In this document: positions 58,906 to 64,000 of the stretch, one piece after another
Position numbering within the stretch: the stretch's first letter is position 1
How the letters are laid out: every line of letters starts with the position of its first letter
Assembly (NCBI GenBank): GCA_965140585.1
Contig: OZ223264.1
Coordinates: 768,001 to 832,000, forward strand
DNA from: Spirochaetia bacterium
GTDB taxonomy: Bacteria > Spirochaetota > Spirochaetia > UBA9216
Direction of reading: 5' to 3'
DNA length: 64,000 nt
Made by a program: the position numbers and the translations under genes
Notes under the pieces: model-generated
What the model saw: the letters and a program-made list of their open reading frames with translations, nothing else
Databases searched by the model: none
What the model was told of the DNA's origin: nothing

Positions 58906-60135
58906 TTATTTATCATCCGGCCCCTCCGGATTATTGTCATTTTTAGATGCCGGAAGTTTTATTGTAAAGGTTGTCCATTCTCCGGATTCTACAGTGAGTT
59001 CACCTTTATGAATTTCAACTATAATGTTATGTGCATGGCTTAAGCCCAGGCCTGTCCCCTTTCCAGGCGGTTTTGTGGTGTAAAAAGGGTCAAAAATACG
59101 GTTCAGTCTGTTCTGAGGAATCGGTTCGCCGTTATTTGAGATTGAACAGTTTACAGCCCCGTCTTCACTCCATGTTTTTATCTTTATTATTCCTTTTACT
59201 CCTGGGCTCATAGCCTGGGAGGCATTAATGATAATGTTCAGAAGAACCTGGTTTATTTCACTGCTTACACACCTTATTCTTGGAACTTTACCGAAGTCGG
59301 TTTCCAGATCGGCAGAATATTTATAGGCATTGCCTGCAACTATCAGAGTAGATCTGATTCCGTTATTGATATCATAGTCTGCTGTTTCTGCTGCATCGGA
59401 GCGGGAAAAAGACTTCATTTCCTTGACTATGGAAATGATCCTTGAAAATCCTTCCTGTGACTCCGAGAGAATACTGCTTAAATCGCCGAGGATGAATTCG
59501 ATGTCCATATCTTCTCTGATTTCGGAAAGCCTTTCTGACGGCCCGGAATTCTCTTTGCAGATCTCTTCGATTTTTTCTATATAGCCGAGTATTACGGGTG
59601 TATATTTCTGCAGGCTTATAAAATTACTCTGTACAAAACTAAGCGGATTATTAATTTCATGCGCTATCCCGGCTGCAAGCTGCCCGAGGGATGCCATTTT
59701 TTCATTCTGAATAAGTGCGGCTTGAGTTTCTTTGAGTTTTTTGTTTAATTCTACAAGTTCAAGATTATTTTTAATGGACTGCTGATCACTTTTTATTTTT
59801 TCAGTTACATCATGCATTAATCCCTTAATTCTGCATGATTTTTCTTCGGGGTTCTGATTTTGTATAGCAGTAATTGACATTACACGCATTCCGTCTGCTG
59901 ATTTAATAGCCACCTCGCATTCTGTCAGCCGGCCGTCCTGTTGGATTATATTCTGTGTAGTTACATAGTCTATGTGGTGTCCGAAGATATCCGGCAGCCT
60001 GAGTTCGGTTTCCGCTTCATTTACACCGAAAAAGTCTCTTCCGGCAGGATTAAGGAAGTTGACTATTCCTTTATCTGTGATGGTGAAGTAGATAAAATGG
60101 CTCAGTTCAAGCAGTTCCCTGAACGTTTCATACAT
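58906..60135 (-). CDS. Cytoplasmic PAS-domain histidine kinase
   Basis: PAS-like N-terminus; AHEINNP; QVLLNIIINA; FDPFYTTK..GKGTGLGL. Confidence 0.9.
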   Translation of the reverse strand: MYETFRELLELSHFIYFTITDKGIVNFLNPAGRDFFGVNEAETELRLPDIFGHHIDYVTTQNIIQQDGRLTECEVAIKSADGMRVMSITAIQNQNPEEKSCRIKGLMHDVTEKIKSDQQSIKNNLELVELNKKLKETQAALIQNEKMASLGQLAAGIAHEINNPLSFVQSNFISLQKYTPVILGYIEKIEEICKENSGPSERLSEIREDMDIEFILGDLSSILSESQEGFSRIISIVKEMKSFSRSDAAETADYDINNGIRSTLIVAGNAYKYSADLETDFGKVPRIRCVSSEINQVLLNIIINASQAMSPGVKGIIKIKTWSEDGAVNCSISNNGEPIPQNRLNRIFDPFYTTKPPGKGTGLGLSHAHNIIVEIHKGELTVESGEWTTFTIKLPASKNDNNPEGPDDK

Positions 60136-60141
60136 CAGCGG

Positions 60142-60540
60142 CTAGTCCCCCCTGATTATGTTCAGATCATCGACAAACTGAAAAAAGGAGGTGAATCCGA
60201 GCAGATCAATCAGTGATTTGATTTTTTCTCCGGCTCTCGCAATTTTAAATTCGATATTGAATTTATGAGTCTGGATGAGCAGATTTGTCAATGAGCCGAT
60301 TCCCGTGGAGGAGACATAGTTTATTTCTTTCATATCTATTATTAGTACGTCGATTGAGCTGTTTTCGGATATGATGGTCGATACATGTTCTGTAAAAATA
60401 TTGGAGTTATAGTTGTCAAGCTTTCCTGAAATCTCGATAAGAACACCCCAGGGGGCTGTCTCTCCAAGTATCCTGCCGTCTGCGATAATTCCTTTATCTG
60501 CAGAGTTAATCTGTTCCAGGGCCTTCAGTCTTTCATCCAT
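60142..60540 (-). CDS. STAS-domain anti-sigma antagonist
   Basis: GKLD, IDMKEINYVSSTGIG, LLGF. Confidence 0.85.
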   Translation of the reverse strand: MDERLKALEQINSADKGIIADGRILGETAPWGVLIEISGKLDNYNSNIFTEHVSTIISENSSIDVLIIDMKEINYVSSTGIGSLTNLLIQTHKFNIEFKIARAGEKIKSLIDLLGFTSFFQFVDDLNIIRGD

Positions 60541-60627
60541 TTAAAAATCCTATACTATATTCTAAGAAATCAGACAGAAGCAATTCAAGGGCATTGATGA
60601 AATTAAGAAAAATCGTTACAAAAGTCT

Positions 60628-60885
60628 ATGCCTAAACACATATCATATAAAACATCAGGAACCTGCTCTAAAGAAATAAATATTAAAATTAAAAATGAGA
60701 TAATAGAATCAGTTGAGTTTCGCGGAGGCTGTCCGGGAAACCTTATCGGAATAAAGCGGCTTGTAGAGGGTCGAAGTGTTGATGAGGTGATCAGCTGTGT
60801 TGAAGGAGTAAAATGCGGAAGCCGCAGTACATCCTGCCCCGACCAGCTTGCCAATGCCCTTAAAAGCTACCGGGAAGCCGGCTGA
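60628..60885 (+). CDS. TSCPD-domain protein (TIGR03905-like)
   Basis: GTCS, GGCPGN, VKCG, TSCPDQ. Confidence 0.85.
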   Translation: MPKHISYKTSGTCSKEINIKIKNEIIESVEFRGGCPGNLIGIKRLVEGRSVDEVISCVEGVKCGSRSTSCPDQLANALKSYREAG

Positions 60886-60892
60886 GGACTTT

Positions 60893-61771
60893 TTATAATC
60901 CACGCATCCACGATGGTCTGATCCTTTCATTTCCGTTTAGAGCACTGTTGATCTGCGCAAGCAGTTTTTCCCTGTGCGCCGGAAGTATTCCCCGAAGCGG
61001 CAGAGCATTCGACGAATGATTTGACATAAATACAATATTGCTTTCCGGATTAAGCTTTTCAATGAGCATTCTGATTTCTTTCATTACCGCTATATCGTTC
61101 TGCAGAGTAAAGCTGTGCCCGTAGGACTCTTCAAGCTTTTTCACAGTGTTCCTGTCTACCATCAGAGTGAGAGTGGACAGGTAATCTGTGGGGGTCCGGT
61201 TTATCAGTTCAGCACTGCCGCTTATATGCTCTTCCCAGTGTTCGGCACCACCGAGTCCTGTTATCAGAGTCGCGGAAACTTTGAGCCCGGCCTGTCTGGA
61301 ACGGCTTATGCCTTCATTTATCAGTTCTGCATCCGCACCTTTTCTGATTTTCTTAAGGATTAAATCGGAACCCGATTCAATTCCAAGATACAGCAGTTTT
61401 ATTCCGCCCTCCCTGATTTGTTTAAGTTCATTATCTGATTTTCTGTGGATGTTGCCCGGGTTTGCGTACAGGGATATGCGTTCAAGCTGCGGAAGTTTAT
61501 TATGCAGGTGTTCCGATATCTTAAGAAGAGTATCGGTTTCAAGGGCCATTGCGTCCCCGTCTGCCAGAAAAACCCTTCTGATGCCCGGGTAACTGGAGGC
61601 TGCATAGCTGATTTCACCCAGCACTTCCTCAAGAGGTCTGGCTTTAAAGGTTTTTGACTTGTACATGCCGCAGAAAACGCAGCGGTTATGGCTGCAGCCC
61701 AGAGTTGCCTGTATTATGAGGCTTTCGGCCTCTGAAGGCGGCCTGTAAAGAGGTTCATCATAGATAATCAT
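60893..61771 (-). CDS. Radical SAM protein
   Basis: YRPPSEA, CSHNRCVFC (CX3CX2C), FLADGD, GIESG. Confidence 0.9.
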   Translation of the reverse strand: MIIYDEPLYRPPSEAESLIIQATLGCSHNRCVFCGMYKSKTFKARPLEEVLGEISYAASSYPGIRRVFLADGDAMALETDTLLKISEHLHNKLPQLERISLYANPGNIHRKSDNELKQIREGGIKLLYLGIESGSDLILKKIRKGADAELINEGISRSRQAGLKVSATLITGLGGAEHWEEHISGSAELINRTPTDYLSTLTLMVDRNTVKKLEESYGHSFTLQNDIAVMKEIRMLIEKLNPESNIVFMSNHSSNALPLRGILPAHREKLLAQINSALNGNERIRPSWMRGL

Positions 61772-63831
61772 TTCCTGTTCCTCTTCGGCCTTTCTTTTAT
61801 CATGTCGGCAAGGGTGAATGTATCTCCGCTGTCTGCAGAATATTGTTTCATAAGATTGCGGGCTACCGCTTTTTCTCTCTTTGACGGTTTACTCATTCCG
61901 CTGTGGTTTTCAGGTTCTTCCTCGTAACCGCAGGAAAGGGAGCGGCAGACCTTGATTTCACGGCCTTTTTTATCGTGTGAACTCATCATAGGTCTTCCGC
62001 AGAGAGGGCAGGGAGGACCGCCTGCGGCTGCCGGTTTTAATGTTTTTCCGGAGCTTTTAACCTCACTGACCATCTTTTTTGTCTGCTCTCTAATTTCTGT
62101 CGAGAAGGCGCCGGCTTTCTCTCTGCCTTCTGCTATGTTTTCAAGCCGCTGTTCCCACCTTGCTGTCAATTCCGGGGATTTTAATTCATCGGGTGCCAGC
62201 AGAAGGACCTCTTCTCCGGCCGGAGTAACACTCAGTATCTTGTTTTTACGGTCCAGATAATGGTTTGATATAAGCTTTTCTATTATATCAGCTCTGGTTG
62301 CAGGGGTCCCAAGTCCGGCCTTTTTGATATTTTCTTTTAATTCGCTGTTCCGCAGGAATTTTGACGGATCCTCCATAAGTCCCAGAAGCACGGCCTCTGT
62401 ACAGGGAGCCGGCGGTTTTGTAAGGTGTGTGGATATGTTAATTTCTTTGATGCTGAGTTTATTTCCCTTTTGAAGGTCATTCAGACTGCCATGTCCCTCG
62501 GCCTCCTCTGTTTCCGACACTGTGGAAACAAATTCCACTGCCTTCCAGCCCTGGTCTATCATGATATTGGAAGAAGCTCTGAAGCTTTCTCCTCCGGCTG
62601 TAATTTCCACGCTAATACGTTTGTAGCGGCAGGGTGGTGAAAGCACTGCTATAAACCGCTTCACTACAATATCCCATAGCGCTTTTTCCTCTGCGGAAAG
62701 TTTCTCGGGAATTACGGTTTCTTCAGTCGGAATAATCGCATGATGATCGCTGACTCCGGCATTGTTGAACAGCCTTTTCCCTGCTTTTATCTCATTTTTC
62801 CCTATCTGATGGGCCTGCTTTTGCCATCCGGTATTTTTAAGCGCGGAGAGCCTATCGCTTATTGTTTCCCGAATATCCTCCGGAAGATAGCGTGAATCGG
62901 TTCTGGGATAGGTTACTATTTTATGTCTTTCATACAGACCCTGAAGAACCTGAAGGGTTTTTTTTGCTGAGAATCCGAGTACTCTGTTTGCTTCCTGCTG
63001 AAGCGAGTTTAAGTCATAGGCAAGAGGCGGCGGTTCTGATTTATCGGATGATTTTACCGAGTTTATTTCCGCCTCTGAATTCAGCAGTTTCAATTTGAGG
63101 GCTTCAGCCTCTTCTCCGGTTTTAATAAGAGTATTGCCTTTCCCGTCTCTCCATCTGGCGGAAAAACTTCCGAACCCTGCTTCAAGGTTCCAGTATTTTG
63201 ACGGTATAAAGTTTTTAATCTGTTCCTCACGGTTTTTTACCATAGCAAGTGTCGGTGTCTGAACCCTTCCTGCTGAGAGTCTGGTATCGTAATGGCAGCT
63301 TAAGGCTCTTGTTATATTCAGGCCGATAATCCAGTCGGCTTCTGCCCGGCATTCCGCGGCCCTGAGCAGGTTGTCGAAGTCGTGACCTGGCATGAGTGAT
63401 CTGAACCCGTCTCTAATTGCCTTGTCGGTCAGTGAATTTATCCAAAGTCTTGAAAATTTACCCTTATAGCCGGAGAGTCTGAGAATAAGTCTTGCTACCT
63501 GTTCGCCCTCTCTTCCCGCATCTGTGGCAATTACTACATCCGCAACATCGTTTCGGTGAAGAAGCTTTTTAACAGTAGAAAACTGGGAGGAGGTCCGCTT
63601 TATAACGTGATGTTTCATCCTTTCGGGAAGCATGGGCAGATCCCCGAGGTTCCAGCTGTTGTATCTGCTGTCATAAGTTCCTGGATCGGCAAGCTCTACC
63701 AGGTGACCCATTGCCCATGTCACAATGTATTTGTCTCCTTCAATAAAGCTTCGTGTCTGTTTTCGGCAGCCGAGTACCCGTGCTATATCTCTGCCCGCGC
63801 TGGGCTTTTCTGCAAGAACCAGTGTTTTCAT
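61768..63831 (-). CDS. topB: DNA topoisomerase III
   Basis: AEKPS, ATDAGREG, SAGRVQTPT, catalytic TYPRTD, GLGTPATRA; C-terminal zinc ribbon. Confidence 0.93.
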   Translation of the reverse strand: MKTLVLAEKPSAGRDIARVLGCRKQTRSFIEGDKYIVTWAMGHLVELADPGTYDSRYNSWNLGDLPMLPERMKHHVIKRTSSQFSTVKKLLHRNDVADVVIATDAGREGEQVARLILRLSGYKGKFSRLWINSLTDKAIRDGFRSLMPGHDFDNLLRAAECRAEADWIIGLNITRALSCHYDTRLSAGRVQTPTLAMVKNREEQIKNFIPSKYWNLEAGFGSFSARWRDGKGNTLIKTGEEAEALKLKLLNSEAEINSVKSSDKSEPPPLAYDLNSLQQEANRVLGFSAKKTLQVLQGLYERHKIVTYPRTDSRYLPEDIRETISDRLSALKNTGWQKQAHQIGKNEIKAGKRLFNNAGVSDHHAIIPTEETVIPEKLSAEEKALWDIVVKRFIAVLSPPCRYKRISVEITAGGESFRASSNIMIDQGWKAVEFVSTVSETEEAEGHGSLNDLQKGNKLSIKEINISTHLTKPPAPCTEAVLLGLMEDPSKFLRNSELKENIKKAGLGTPATRADIIEKLISNHYLDRKNKILSVTPAGEEVLLLAPDELKSPELTARWEQRLENIAEGREKAGAFSTEIREQTKKMVSEVKSSGKTLKPAAAGGPPCPLCGRPMMSSHDKKGREIKVCRSLSCGYEEEPENHSGMSKPSKREKAVARNLMKQYSADSGDTFTLADMIKERPKRNRK

Positions 63832-64000
63832 GGGCGGATTTTACTACAATATGAGGATTGTTGAAAAGACCGGATGGTTTAGGATACTGAAACCGGAATT
63901 TTACATCGATAGTTTGAATCTGTATGTAAAATTTACTAGAATATATATATGTAATCGTTTCAATTATATTTTTATGGTTTTTATTAGCAGTTATCTGTAA

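Noticed and set aside
61768-63831. topB as a marker of a conjugative element
   Set aside because: No relaxase, T4SS or integrase nearby; the neighbours are ordinary chromosomal genes.
63725-64000. 91-aa ORF at the window end
   Set aside because: Overlaps topB antisense and runs into AT-rich intergenic DNA; no support.

Overview
Chromosomal window from an anaerobic bacterium, probably a free-living Spirochaetaceae member (inferred from the standalone Cys-free rpsD and the tRNA cluster-tig-clpP-clpX-lon layout). It holds about 50 genes and 5 tRNAs, with no CRISPR array, prophage or transposase that I can see. Housekeeping genes include tig, clpP, clpX, lon, rpsD, rarA, topB, pepF and rdgB. The main points of interest: (1) a corrinoid methyl-transfer module at 12957-19452 (PocR-AraC activator, corrinoid protein, UroD/MtaA-like enzyme fused to a CxxC thioredoxin-like domain, CobW GTPase, ASKHA corrinoid activase) with no substrate-specific MT-I beside it. 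It has a compact, sequence-divergent cobalamin-riboswitch-like leader that may be an ON switch, and two promoters sharing a candidate activator site. (2) Two hydrogenase loci: a HydB-HydA pair with non-bifurcating signatures, and a group D/HydS-like protein inside a kinase/STAS/anti-sigma signalling cluster. (3) Several readable operators, including an 11-bp-phased TCAAACAA array. (4) About eight candidate leaderless genes. (5) Two decaying loci: a TRAP/two-component island and a three-gene flavin-reductase operon. All calls come from reading motifs by eye; no database searches were run.
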